Made by a program: the position numbers and the translations under genes. Of a DNA stretch of 58,991 nucleotides, positions 38,301 to 47,898 are shown piece by piece. Source of the stretch: a virus. Lineage: Duplodnaviria; Caudoviricetes. Below the pieces are notes generated by a model. It was given only the letters and a program-made list of their open reading frames with translations, was not told the origin of the DNA and did no database searches. Positions within the stretch are counted from its first letter, which is position 1. Each line of letters opens with the position of its first letter. The stretch covers positions 1 through 58,991 of the IMG/VR virus record IMGVR_UViG_3300043432_000110. The stretch is one strand, 5' to 3'.

Positions 38301-38613
38301 TTCCACTTTCCCCCGGCTGCCGTGCGGCCAGCGATTCGGTCAACTCGGTTGGCTCCCCGAAGTGCCCGTGTTCGCGCCGGCGGCGGTCCTTGTCGGGACG
38401 AGCCGGGGGAGATTTGATTTATGACAATATCCGACAAGGAATATCCCGAGCCGCCTGAACCAAATGCGTGCGGGTGTTACTACTGCTCCGAGGAACATGG
38501 GCACATTGACTGCCGCAACGTCCATCACGGGCGTTGGCACTGTGCCGGCTGCGGGCGGTTCATTCAACGCGGGAGAATCTACTGCGACAACTGCCATGAT
38601 TGCGAGGACGACC

Positions 38614-38811
38614 ATGATTGAACTTAAAGACACCGATTTTATGCCGTTCGGAAAGCACAAAGGCGAACCCATGCAGGACGTGCCGGCGAGCTACCTGCAC
38701 TACCTTTGGCAGAACGGGCTCAAGCAGGACAAGCGCTCGGACGTGGCCGACTATATCCGGCGCAACCTGAACGCGCTCCGGCAGGAGCACCCGGACGGCG
38801 TGTGGACCTGA
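38614..38811 (+). CDS. DUF3820-like small protein
   Basis: MPFGKHKGxxMxDVPxSYL motif. Confidence 0.8.
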   Translation: MIELKDTDFMPFGKHKGEPMQDVPASYLHYLWQNGLKQDKRSDVADYIRRNLNALRQEHPDGVWT

Positions 38812-39056
38812 AAACATTTCCGCAATTTTGCCTTGCCTTCCGGGCGGGCCGGGCGCTAAATTGAGCGCGTCACAGGAAACTGTGGCGGCGGTGTTTGGAA
38901 GCCCGCCAGAAACAACAGCGATTTCACAATGAATGAAACGTCGAAACTTGAGCGTGCCCGCCAGCGGCATCTGGGCTTGACCCGCGATCTCCTCGCGGAG
39001 TTCGCTGTGCCCGGCTTCCATCCGTCGGCGGGCATGCTCAGGATTTGGAGGCGTGA

Positions 39057-39470
39057 ATGAGGAAGATTCCATATTGGCAGCAACTAAGAGACCCGCGATG
39101 GCAAGAAGTGCGGTTGAAGGTTTTTGAAAGGGCTGACTTTCAATGTGAAGTTTGCGGTAGCAAGCCTGAGGGTGAGAGCTTGGAAGTCCACCACCACTAC
39201 TATGAGACTGGCGCGATGGCTTGGGAATACCCTATGGAATCTCTTCTTTGTGTCTGTCGTGAATGCCATAGAACGGTTGCGGATAACGAAAGGCTATTCT
39301 TTGAGGCGATAAATCCACACGACTACACGAATCTTGACGTATTAGCCGAGGCGATATTCCACGCCAATCAAGTTGGGTTGAGCTTGTGGCAATGTTCGCG
39401 TGCTATTAAACATGCCACCCTCAGGATCGAAAAGAAATCCAAGAAGAAACCCGCTTTGTCTGCCGTATGA
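39057..39470 (+). CDS. HNH-family nuclease
   Basis: DPRWQ...CEVCG...VHHHYY...CRECH. Confidence 0.75.
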   Translation: MRKIPYWQQLRDPRWQEVRLKVFERADFQCEVCGSKPEGESLEVHHHYYETGAMAWEYPMESLLCVCRECHRTVADNERLFFEAINPHDYTNLDVLAEAIFHANQVGLSLWQCSRAIKHATLRIEKKSKKKPALSAV

Positions 39471-40354
39471 AACCTGATGCCTACATGCCGTTTTACTGGA
39501 CGAAGTTTGAGGCTTCGACGCCAGGGTGGTCAGAGCAAGACAGGTGGAGCTACATGCGGGCGATCTGCTGTTACTGGTGGACCGACTGTGTCGGGCTCCC
39601 TTCCGATAACGACGAAGATTTGAGGGACATGTGCCAGTGCAGAAATTCAGCAGATTGGATGCGTCGGCGCGGCAGGATTTTCGGGCCGAAATTCTATCTC
39701 AAAAACGGGCGGTGGCACAACGACTTTGCGCTGTCTGTGTGGGAAGAAAGCAATCTGCTTTACAAGAAGAAACGGGAACAGACCGAGGCCGCGCGCACAG
39801 CCAAACTAGAACAGACAAGCACAGTAACAGACTCAGTAACAAAGTCTGTTAGCGGGTGCAACCAAAGCCAAAGCCAAAGCCAAAGCCAAAGCCAAAAGGA
39901 GAAGGAAGGGGGAGCGGCGCAAGCGCCTGCTTTGCCTCTTGAGGCTCAAGTCTGGAATTCAAAGCCCGGACTTCCACGCTGTCTTGCTTTCAACGGAGCG
40001 CGGCTTCACAAGCTCAAGATTCGCCGGGCCGATTCCTTTTTCGCGGACAACTTCTCAGCAGCGGTTGACAAGATCGCGGCGAGCGACTTTTGCACCGGCA
40101 AGAACGACCGAGGCTGGAAAGCGACGTTCGACTGGATTCTCCAGCCGGACGTGGTGGTGAAAGTGATGGAGGGAAAGTATGACAACAGGATTGCAGTCAG
40201 TCAGCCGAATCCTCGCAACGTCGGGATTGCCCGAGCCGGGATGTCCTACGGCGAGTTGGCCCGGCGAAAGCAGGAGTTCGACAAACGTGAACGAGAAGCG
40301 AAAAAGCTGGCAGAGCAAGTGGCTCAGGCTAAAGCCGACGCACCCGCAAGTTGA
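39467..40354 (+). CDS. Replication initiator (YdaU/DUF1376-like N-terminus)
   Basis: YMPFYW N-domain, (QS)n linker, GWKATFDWIL...EGKYD C-domain. Confidence 0.75.
   Translation: MKPDAYMPFYWTKFEASTPGWSEQDRWSYMRAICCYWWTDCVGLPSDNDEDLRDMCQCRNSADWMRRRGRIFGPKFYLKNGRWHNDFALSVWEESNLLYKKKREQTEAARTAKLEQTSTVTDSVTKSVSGCNQSQSQSQSQSQKEKEGGAAQAPALPLEAQVWNSKPGLPRCLAFNGARLHKLKIRRADSFFADNFSAAVDKIAASDFCTGKNDRGWKATFDWILQPDVVVKVMEGKYDNRIAVSQPNPRNVGIARAGMSYGELARRKQEFDKREREAKKLAEQVAQAKADAPAS
39863..39892 (+). repeat. (CAAAGC)5 tandem repeat in initiator linker
   Basis: Read directly. Confidence 0.9.
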
Positions 40355-40883
40355 GGCGATGGCGGACGCCGTGTGGGCGTTCTGCGTCGGCTACGCAAAG
40401 ACGCCGGCACGCGGGCGCATGCTGGTGCTCTACGGGAACAACGGCACGGGCAAGACGCACGTGGCGGTGGCGGTAAAGAAGTGGGCGGAGCACGTGGCCG
40501 GGGCGCTGCCGATGGTGGAGACGCGGGAAGGGACGCAGCGGATACCCTACGTGGTGTTCCTGCACTGGCCGACGTTCCTGGACGACCTGAAGGGCGGGGC
40601 GTGGGAGTCGGTGCAGTGGGCGGAGGAATCCACGCTGCTGGTGCTGGACGAGGTCGGCGGCGGGCACGACCCGAGCAAGGTGGGTCTGGACAAGCTGTGC
40701 CGGATACTGAGCAAGCGGGAGCGGCGGTGGACGCTGGCGACGACGAACTGCGTGCCGGAGTCGTGGGAGGAACTGTTCGACCGGCGCGTGGCGAGCCGGC
40801 TGTTCCGTGACGCGGAGCACGTGGACCTGACGCAAGTGCCGGACTTCTCGGCGCGGAGGTTTGAACATGAAAATGGACTCTAA
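40179..40883 (+). CDS. DnaC/IstB-like helicase loader ATPase (start uncertain)
   Basis: Walker A GNNGTGKT, Walker B LLVLDEVG, TTN, RVASRL. Confidence 0.85.
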   Translation: MTTGLQSVSRILATSGLPEPGCPTASWPGESRSSTNVNEKRKSWQSKWLRLKPTHPQVEAMADAVWAFCVGYAKTPARGRMLVLYGNNGTGKTHVAVAVKKWAEHVAGALPMVETREGTQRIPYVVFLHWPTFLDDLKGGAWESVQWAEESTLLVLDEVGGGHDPSKVGLDKLCRILSKRERRWTLATTNCVPESWEELFDRRVASRLFRDAEHVDLTQVPDFSARRFEHENGL

Positions 40884-41451
40884 ATACGAAATAGAGCGGC
40901 GTCCGCTGGGGTGGTTAATCTGCGCGCCGCCTGGACAGAACGGAATCCCGATGACTGCGCTATCTGAATGTCTTCCAATGTTCAAAAAGAACTCGGTGAT
41001 AAATGCTGGCATCGCGCACCACTTCAACGCTAATCGCTATCACAAGCAAGTCATGGTAGTCGTGGCTACGCCGAAAGAATCCGATGAGTGGGAAAAGGAA
41101 ATTGCCGATGCGCTAAAAGACCGCGACCCGCAAGAACGCTGGTGGCTCGGCACGGATGTGGGCAAAAGCTCCGCTGCAATCTTCGCCGTCCTCTGTCGGG
41201 AAGGTCTGCAATGGGAAGCGAATGCCTTCGGGCAAAAGGCGACGCCGCAAGACTCCGCCGACTTCGGGCGGTGCAAACGCCTGCTTGATGCAATACCGGA
41301 ATGGCGCAACCGTCTCGATGAAGTCGCAGTGAAGTATGTGGACACGGCATGGCCTAAAATCCTGCTCCGTTGGCCGGAACTCGAAGCCGCCGAACCCAAG
41401 CGCGCAACTGAAATCCTGCGCGAGTGCCACAACGCAAAAGGTCAGCAATGA
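40873..41451 (+). CDS. Conserved phage hypothetical protein
   Basis: DVGKSS...PQDSADFGRCKRLL. Confidence 0.65.
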   Translation: MDSKYEIERRPLGWLICAPPGQNGIPMTALSECLPMFKKNSVINAGIAHHFNANRYHKQVMVVVATPKESDEWEKEIADALKDRDPQERWWLGTDVGKSSAAIFAVLCREGLQWEANAFGQKATPQDSADFGRCKRLLDAIPEWRNRLDEVAVKYVDTAWPKILLRWPELEAAEPKRATEILRECHNAKGQQ

Positions 41452-41840
41452 CGACAACCTTTGAGCAAGCCATCGCGCTGGCCCGTTCGGTGAACTGGCT
41501 GCACCGGGCGTGGATGCCGTTCCCGCAGGACCAGGGGAAAGCGCCGAACCGCGACAACTGCTACTGCGGCGCGCCGGCGACGCGCTGGCTGGCGAACGAG
41601 CGGTGCTGCGACGAGTGCTACCGGCGCGACAAGCAGGTGTTCGACCACGCGCAGCCGGGCAAGAAGATGCGGGGCGAGAGCGACCGCAAGCGGCTTGAGC
41701 GGGAGCACGCGAGGAAGCGGAGCAAGCCGGGCGAGCGAGTGTTCGACTACGAGCAAGAGGCGGGCGGGCTGGACGAGTATCCGCTGCACCTAAAGCTGAC
41801 GAGCGGACGGCTGGCGCACGCGCAGCTCGTGGACGGGTGA
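41448..41840 (+). CDS. Hypothetical Zn-finger protein
   Basis: CYCG...CCDEC. Confidence 0.55.
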   Translation: MTTTFEQAIALARSVNWLHRAWMPFPQDQGKAPNRDNCYCGAPATRWLANERCCDECYRRDKQVFDHAQPGKKMRGESDRKRLEREHARKRSKPGERVFDYEQEAGGLDEYPLHLKLTSGRLAHAQLVDG

Positions 41841-42031
41841 AATAAAACTATGAAACGGAAAACCAAAGCGGCAATTCTGGAAACTGCAAAACACAAAGTG
41901 ACATTGCCAACACTGTTGTTTGATGGCTACGCCGTGTGGGCGGAACTAACAGATCGAGAGCGAACACGCACTACGGCGATCAATGTCAGCGATGTGCTCG
42001 ATGCGGTTGTGCGACTGATGCGAAAACGGTA

Positions 42032-42397
42032 ATGAAAACCAAACAACCCAAGAACATTGCCGCGCAGGCGTTCCCGGACCAGTTCAAGCGGCTGCGACCG
42101 GAGAGCACCGAGCGCGGCGGCGTGAAGGCCCGGAGCGGGAGCGAGGCGCGGAGGATGGAGGTTTACCGGCCCATCGCGGAACTGTTCAAGCACGACAACC
42201 CGTGGTGCGTCTGCTGCGCTCACGTGCGCGGTGTGGACCGCAACGACGCGTGGCTGACGGAGGATGTACACCACAGCAAAGGCCGGGAAGGGTTGCTCCT
42301 GTTCGACGTGCGGAACTTCATGCCGGTCTGTAGGAGCTGTCACCAGTGGATTCACGCGCACCCAGCGGAAGCCAAGGCGCGAGGGTGGCTGAAATGA
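42032..42397 (+). CDS. HNH-like (NinG/Ref-type) protein
   Basis: CVCC...DVHHSKGR...VCRSCHQWIH. Confidence 0.7.
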   Translation: MKTKQPKNIAAQAFPDQFKRLRPESTERGGVKARSGSEARRMEVYRPIAELFKHDNPWCVCCAHVRGVDRNDAWLTEDVHHSKGREGLLLFDVRNFMPVCRSCHQWIHAHPAEAKARGWLK

Positions 42398-42436
42398 CTA
42401 GCCCTATTTTGCCATGCAGAAAGCAAAACAAAACAG

Positions 42437-42465
42437 TTGCAATTCCGCAAGCGCTGGCGCAATAT
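42437..42465 (+). promoter_or_regulatory. Early promoter 4 with inverted operator CGCAAGCGCTGGCG (42446-42459)
   Basis: TTGCAA-17-CAATAT; upstream GCAAAACAAAAC. Confidence 0.6.
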
Positions 42466-42554
42466 GTAGGCAGATGAAGAGCGCGACAGAGAACAAAACG
42501 AAGGCCGAGGCGGGAAGCCCGGTGCTGGACGCGGCTTCAAACTAAACGCGACAA

Positions 42555-43181
42555 ATGAAAGCAACCATCACCCAAGTCAGACGCCCGCGCGATGCGCGCG
42601 ACTTCCGCAAGTCCTCAACCCGGTTCACCGCCTACACGGACGGCAAGGCCCGAGACGTGGCTGGCCGGGAATACCTCGACAAGTTCGGTCTGAGCCAATA
42701 CAACTTCCGCATCGTCTCGTGGGGCAGGGTTGCCGGCGTGGCGACGGAGATGGAAGCTGTGGCGGTCAAGGCGGCGGTCGAAACCAACTGGCCCGGCACG
42801 GAAGTAGAAGTCAAGTTCAGCCGCAAGGCGGGTTGCCCCTGCGGGTGCTCGCCGGGCTACGTGGGCAAGATAATCCAAGGCGGCCACGGGACGGACAAGG
42901 ATGGCAACACCCTGAACCGTGCGGACGTGTGGCTGACGGAAGACGACCTGACGGCGGACGAGACGGCGACGATAGTGGCCTACGCTGCTAAGCAGGCGGT
43001 CAAGCTGCCGGCGGAGATCGCGGCGGGCGAAGCGAAGCTGGCGGCGGAGAAGGCAGCCAAGGAAGCGCAGAGGATCGCCGACGACAAGGCGAACGAAGAG
43101 CGCCGGGCGCGATGGGAAGCGCAGCAGCGCCGGTGGGCCGAGCAGAGCGCCGACGAGTCCTTGGCTTGCGCGGCAATTTGA
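42555..43181 (+). CDS. Early hypothetical protein
   Basis: AACGCGACA before ATG; FSRKAGCPCGCSPG motif. Confidence 0.7.
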   Translation: MKATITQVRRPRDARDFRKSSTRFTAYTDGKARDVAGREYLDKFGLSQYNFRIVSWGRVAGVATEMEAVAVKAAVETNWPGTEVEVKFSRKAGCPCGCSPGYVGKIIQGGHGTDKDGNTLNRADVWLTEDDLTADETATIVAYAAKQAVKLPAEIAAGEAKLAAEKAAKEAQRIADDKANEERRARWEAQQRRWAEQSADESLACAAI

Positions 43182-43206
43182 ACCGACCAACCTCAACACC
43201 GCGACA

Positions 43207-43449
43207 ATGCAAACCAACCAACAACAATTTCCAGCCGCCGACCCGGTTGAGGGGCGACCCTCTTTGCGTCCGGCAACGGGCGCTTCTGTCGCGGGCCGGG
43301 CGGCGGCTGGTCCTTGTCTCCACATCGAGGCGTCCTGTTCGACGCCGGGGTGGAACCACTTCACGTGGTGCAGGGAGTGCCGGACTTGGTTCTGGCACGG
43401 CGACAAGAACCACATCAGGAACCAACCGAAAGACGAGGTGACGTTGTGA
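43207..43449 (+). CDS. Small early protein
   Basis: ACCGCGACA before ATG. Confidence 0.5.
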   Translation: MQTNQQQFPAADPVEGRPSLRPATGASVAGRAAAGPCLHIEASCSTPGWNHFTWCRECRTWFWHGDKNHIRNQPKDEVTL

Positions 43450-43768
43450 GCTACCCAGGCGAAGCAGAGTTCAACTGTCCGCAGGGGCAGGTGACGTTGC
43501 AGCCGGGCGACATGGTGCAGATGGAGGGCGGGCCGGCGGTGGTGGTGAGCGTGGACCCCGGCGGGGCGAAGGTGCTGAAGCTGGCCGGCGTCAAGCGCAC
43601 GCTGGTGAACAAGTGGGACGGCACGGTGACGGAGTTCGAGAGCAGGCCGGCGCCGGAGCGGACCAGCAGATACCGCGACCCGGACATGGTGCTCAGGCGG
43701 TTGACGGACGACGAGTTCCGAGACTTTCTTGCCAAGCGCATGCCGCAGGCGCATGGAAAGGCAGCGAA

Positions 43769-45196
43769 ATGACCTACGCCGACTTCATCGCTGAGAAATC
43801 GCAGGTCGGAGGGAATAGCGGATTCGAGCCGGTGTTTATGCCGGACTTCCTGTTCCCGTTTCAACGGGCGCTTGTGGAATGGGCTGTGCGGAAAGGTCGG
43901 GCGGCAATCTTCGCTGATTGCGGCCTCGGCAAGACGCCGATGGAACTGGTATGGGCGCAGAATGTGGTAGAGAAAACCAATGGGCGAGTCCTAATTCTGA
44001 CTCCGTTGGCAGTAGGTCCACAATTCGTGCGAGAGGGTGTGAAGTTTGGAATTGAATGCAAACAATCGCGGGACGGAACGGTTGACGGTAAAGGCAAGAT
44101 CATTGTCACGAATTACGAAAAACTCCACCTGTTCAATCCGCAGGACTTTGTCGGTTGTGTTGGAGATGAGTCGAGCATTCTCAAGCATTTCACAGGCGCA
44201 ACTCAAAAGGCGGTCACGCGGTTTGTGAGCAAGATGCCTTACCGATTGCTTGGAACGGCAACCGCTGCTCCAAATGATTACGTCGAGCTTGGCACATCTA
44301 GTGAGGCTCTTGGCGGACTGACTCACACAGAAATGCTGACTCAGTTCTTTCGCTACTTGGACGACAAGGGACAGAAGAAAGAGCGGCGTAACCAGTTGTT
44401 CGCTGAAAAGTCAGTTCAGCATTTTGCGCGGCTGGCGTTCAGGGTTCACCAGACAATCGGGCAATGGCGGCTCAAGACGCATGCGACGTTGCCGTTCTGG
44501 CGCTGGGTGACATCATGGGCGATTGCGTGCCGGAAGCCGAGTGACTTGGGATTCGAGGACAACGGTTTCATTCTTCCGAATCTGACAGAATATGATCACG
44601 TCATTATGCCGACAACTCCACCTGAGGGGATGTTGTTTACCTTGCCGGCTTGCGGACTGAAAGAAGAGCGGGACGAGCGCCGACGGACACTCACGGAGCG
44701 CTGCGAGTTTGTTGCCAAGCTGGTTGACCATCAAGACCCGGTTGTGATTTGGTGTCACATGAATGATGAGGGGGACAGACTGGAGGAAACAATTCCAGGA
44801 GCACGGCAGATAGCCGGCGCGACGCCAGATGATGAAAAGGAAGAACTCTACGATGCGTTTACAACTGGTCAGCTTAAGAAGCTCGTCATCAAGCCCAAGA
44901 TCGGGGCTTGGGGAATCAATTGGCAGCATTGCAATCACGTTGTCACCTTTGCCTCGCATTCCTATGAGCAGTTCTACCAGAGCGTGCGGCGTTGCTGGCG
45001 GTTTGGGCAGAAGCGGCCCGTGCGGCTGGACGTGATAGCAACCGAAGGTGAACGCGGAGTCATCGCGAACATGCGCCGTAAAGAGCAACAGGCAAGCGTC
45101 ATGTTCGACGCGCTTGTGCGAGAGATGCACAACGCGACAACCATTAAATCAGCGGCAACAGATCATTCAACAATTACAAAACCAAGCTGGCTATGA
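43769..45196 (+). CDS. SNF2/SF2 helicase-like protein
   Basis: DCGLGKT, DESSILK, TATAAPND, QSVRRCWRFGQ. Confidence 0.9.
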   Translation: MTYADFIAEKSQVGGNSGFEPVFMPDFLFPFQRALVEWAVRKGRAAIFADCGLGKTPMELVWAQNVVEKTNGRVLILTPLAVGPQFVREGVKFGIECKQSRDGTVDGKGKIIVTNYEKLHLFNPQDFVGCVGDESSILKHFTGATQKAVTRFVSKMPYRLLGTATAAPNDYVELGTSSEALGGLTHTEMLTQFFRYLDDKGQKKERRNQLFAEKSVQHFARLAFRVHQTIGQWRLKTHATLPFWRWVTSWAIACRKPSDLGFEDNGFILPNLTEYDHVIMPTTPPEGMLFTLPACGLKEERDERRRTLTERCEFVAKLVDHQDPVVIWCHMNDEGDRLEETIPGARQIAGATPDDEKEELYDAFTTGQLKKLVIKPKIGAWGINWQHCNHVVTFASHSYEQFYQSVRRCWRFGQKRPVRLDVIATEGERGVIANMRRKEQQASVMFDALVREMHNATTIKSAATDHSTITKPSWL

Positions 45197-46152
45197 GCGA
45201 CAAGCAACACATTACAGACAGATACGCGCTTTACAATGGAGATTGTGTGGCGGTGATGAAAGACCTGCCGGACAAGTCCGTTCACTTCTCAATTTACAGT
45301 CCACCCTTTGCAACAGAGGGAGGATGCCTTTACACATATTCAAGTGATGTCCGGGACTTGTCCAACAGCGTGAGTCGAGATGAATTTTTCGAGCATTACA
45401 AGTTTGTGGTGCAAGAGATTGCACGGGTGACATTGCCGGGCAGGATGACGGCGGTTCATTGCATGGACGTGATAAGCGGCAACACAGGTTGTGACAGTCT
45501 GCGAGACTTTCCGGGTGACATTATCCGGTTGCACGAATCGGTCGGACTGAAGTATGCGGCGCGTTATCACATCTTCAAAGAGCCGTTGACGATCCGCAAC
45601 CGGACCATGATGAAATCGCTTTCGCACAAAGCAATCACACTAGACTCGACTCGATGCAGCATGGCCAATGCGGATTACATGCTGGTGTTCCGCAACACCG
45701 GAGAGAACACTGTGCCCGTGGTTCACCCGAACGGACTTACTCGTTACGCTGGTGAGCGTGAAATCCCGGAAGAGGTTCTACCGTATAAGGGCTGGACCGG
45801 AAGCCAGCTTGAGAACCGTTACTCGCATTGGATTTGGCGACAATATGCTTCTGCTTTTTGGGATGACATCCGACTTGATCGCGTGTTGAATTTCAAACAA
45901 GCCAAGGACGAAGAGGACGAGCGTCATGTTCACCCGCTTCAACTTGATGTTGTGGAACGGGCCTGTGTGTTGTGGACCAATCCAGACGAGATTGTGCTGA
46001 CGCCGTTCATGGGAGTTGGAAGCGAGGTTTATGGTTCGGTGATAAACGGGCGCAAGGCAATCGGGATTGAATTGAAGGCGAGTTACTACCGGCAAGCTAT
46101 TCGCAATTTGGCCAGCGTAGAGAATCACACGGAACAAGAAAACCTTGGATGA
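45193..46152 (+). CDS. Amino (N4-C/N6-A) DNA methyltransferase
   Basis: SPPF catalytic motif; VLTPFMGVGS SAM-binding motif; GIELK. Confidence 0.9.
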   Translation: MSDKQHITDRYALYNGDCVAVMKDLPDKSVHFSIYSPPFATEGGCLYTYSSDVRDLSNSVSRDEFFEHYKFVVQEIARVTLPGRMTAVHCMDVISGNTGCDSLRDFPGDIIRLHESVGLKYAARYHIFKEPLTIRNRTMMKSLSHKAITLDSTRCSMANADYMLVFRNTGENTVPVVHPNGLTRYAGEREIPEEVLPYKGWTGSQLENRYSHWIWRQYASAFWDDIRLDRVLNFKQAKDEEDERHVHPLQLDVVERACVLWTNPDEIVLTPFMGVGSEVYGSVINGRKAIGIELKASYYRQAIRNLASVENHTEQENLG

Positions 46153-46528
46153 TATGACCGGGTTGACTTACCTCGCTGGACCTTACACGCATCGCAGCGT
46201 GCAGATGCGCGGGAAGCGTGTGGCGGCACTGAACCGGGTTGCGGCCAAGCTGATGCGGCAAGGCGTGAAAGTGTTCAGTCCAATCAGCCACACGCACCCG
46301 ATAGCGATGGCCGGGGAACTTCCGACAGGCTGGAATTTCTGGCGCGAGTATGACGAAGTGATGCTTGCGTGTTGTGACCGGATGCTAGTTGTAACGGCAA
46401 CCGGCTGGAAAGAGAGCAAAGGTGTAGCGGCGGAAATTGAGATTGCGAAACGGCTTGGATTGCCGGTGGAATATCTTGACCGAGATGGTGAACCGACACA
46501 AATTGACCGAAGCCCAAACTTGTTATGA
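46145..46528 (+). CDS. DUF1937/nucleoside deoxyribosyltransferase-like protein
   Basis: YLAGPY, FSPISHTH, GWKESKGVAAEIEIA. Confidence 0.8.
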   Translation: MDDMTGLTYLAGPYTHRSVQMRGKRVAALNRVAAKLMRQGVKVFSPISHTHPIAMAGELPTGWNFWREYDEVMLACCDRMLVVTATGWKESKGVAAEIEIAKRLGLPVEYLDRDGEPTQIDRSPNLL

Positions 46529-46790
46529 CTGATGACCTTTTGTTCCCCGTCCCCGAAGTGAAGAGCCCGCGCAAGCTGTGGCTGGAGAAGCACGCGGTTG
46601 AAACCAAGCGGATGCCGGCGCACCTGATCGGCACAGAGGACGAAGACGGAATCGGCATACCGGCTTGGGTAGCTTGGGTGCGGCATGAAGACGCCGACAC
46701 TGCAGAAGGCGGCGACACGGAGCAAGAAGCAATTCGGGCGCTGGCTGTCCGTCGGCGCTGGAAACTATGGAACGAGGAGGGCTACAAGCC

Positions 46791-47054
46791 ATGAGCGCGA
46801 CATTCCACCACGCCGGCCTCGACTCGCCGCGCCTCGCCAAGCTGCTGGACTTCCTGCGGGCCAAAGGCAGTGCGGGAGCGACCACGCTGGACCTGGCGCA
46901 GGGCTGCGTGAGCACGCGCCCGAGCAGCGACGTTTCCGAACTCAGGGCGAACGGCTTGAACATCGTGGCCGACTACGAGCGCGAGACGGCGACGGGCCGG
47001 CGCGTGTTCCGTTACCGGCTCGTGGAGAGCGAACAGGAGGAGCTTGGACTGTGA
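46791..47054 (+). CDS. Winged-HTH protein
   Basis: LLDFLR...VSELRANGLNI...YRL. Confidence 0.65.
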   Translation: MSATFHHAGLDSPRLAKLLDFLRAKGSAGATTLDLAQGCVSTRPSSDVSELRANGLNIVADYERETATGRRVFRYRLVESEQEELGL

Positions 47055-47238
47055 CCCGATGTGTTGACAAGACGTGTCCCTCGCGCAAGGCGTGCCAGCG
47101 TGCTGCCAACTTCAAAGTGGTTGACCGGGACGGCTACGCCGACTTCGACCGGCAGGGCGGCGACTGGTGCGAGGCTTACGAGCCGAAGGAAAAGGCTTGC
47201 AATTCGCCGGAAGAAAAGCCTATGCTAAGGCCCGCGCA

Positions 47239-47898
47239 ATGAACGCCGCTGACCTCGCCAAAGTTCAGGCCAAGCTCCCGCTGAGCCGGAGCACGCTGGC
47301 CAAGAATCTGCCGCCGCCCGCTGCGGCTGACGCTTCTGCGGAATTAGGACCGGCCACCTCTCGTGAGGACCAGCCGGGCCGCGAACGCGGATCACACTCA
47401 AAGAAGCGGGCGGCGGCGGCTCTATCATGTCACAGCTTCGACGGTAAGTGCGCAGGCTTGTGGTGCAACTGCGACGCCTATATGCTCGCTGCGAACGAGT
47501 GCCACGGCGACATAGGTAGCGTGATGAAGATGATGCGCTGCGCCTACTCGACGGCGAAGAGGGTCTGCGACTGGTGGAAGGAAAACGAGCAACATGAAGA
47601 TCAAACTGACACTCAACTACCGGACGCCGAGCCTGAACGTGACTATGCGCCAGCATTGGGCGCAGCAGTACAAGGAGAAGCTGCGTGCGTGGGCGGCACT
47701 GTGGTCCGCTTTGTGGGCTATCGCGTCAGACCCCTCGACCCCGATAACTTTGCGGCTTCGTGCAAGGGACTTCTCGACGGCCTTAGACACGCACAGATTA
47801 TCAGCGGCGACGAGCCGTGGCGCATCACGCTCCAGACGGAGCAGGTCAAGGTGAAGCACCGCAAGGACGAGAAAACCGTGGTGGAGATTATCACATGA
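47239..47898 (+). CDS. Protein with C-terminal RusA-like resolvase core
   Basis: LDPDNFAASCKGLLDGL...GDE. Confidence 0.55.
   Translation: MNAADLAKVQAKLPLSRSTLAKNLPPPAAADASAELGPATSREDQPGRERGSHSKKRAAAALSCHSFDGKCAGLWCNCDAYMLAANECHGDIGSVMKMMRCAYSTAKRVCDWWKENEQHEDQTDTQLPDAEPERDYAPALGAAVQGEAACVGGTVVRFVGYRVRPLDPDNFAASCKGLLDGLRHAQIISGDEPWRITLQTEQVKVKHRKDEKTVVEIIT

Noticed and set aside
45131-45139. Extra AACGCGACA copies (also 12003, 30778)
   Set aside because: In-frame Asn-Ala-Thr codons inside genes, not directly before a start codon
43769-46152. Helicase + methyltransferase as a novel defence system
   Set aside because: This gene pair is common in phages and no restriction subunit is adjacent
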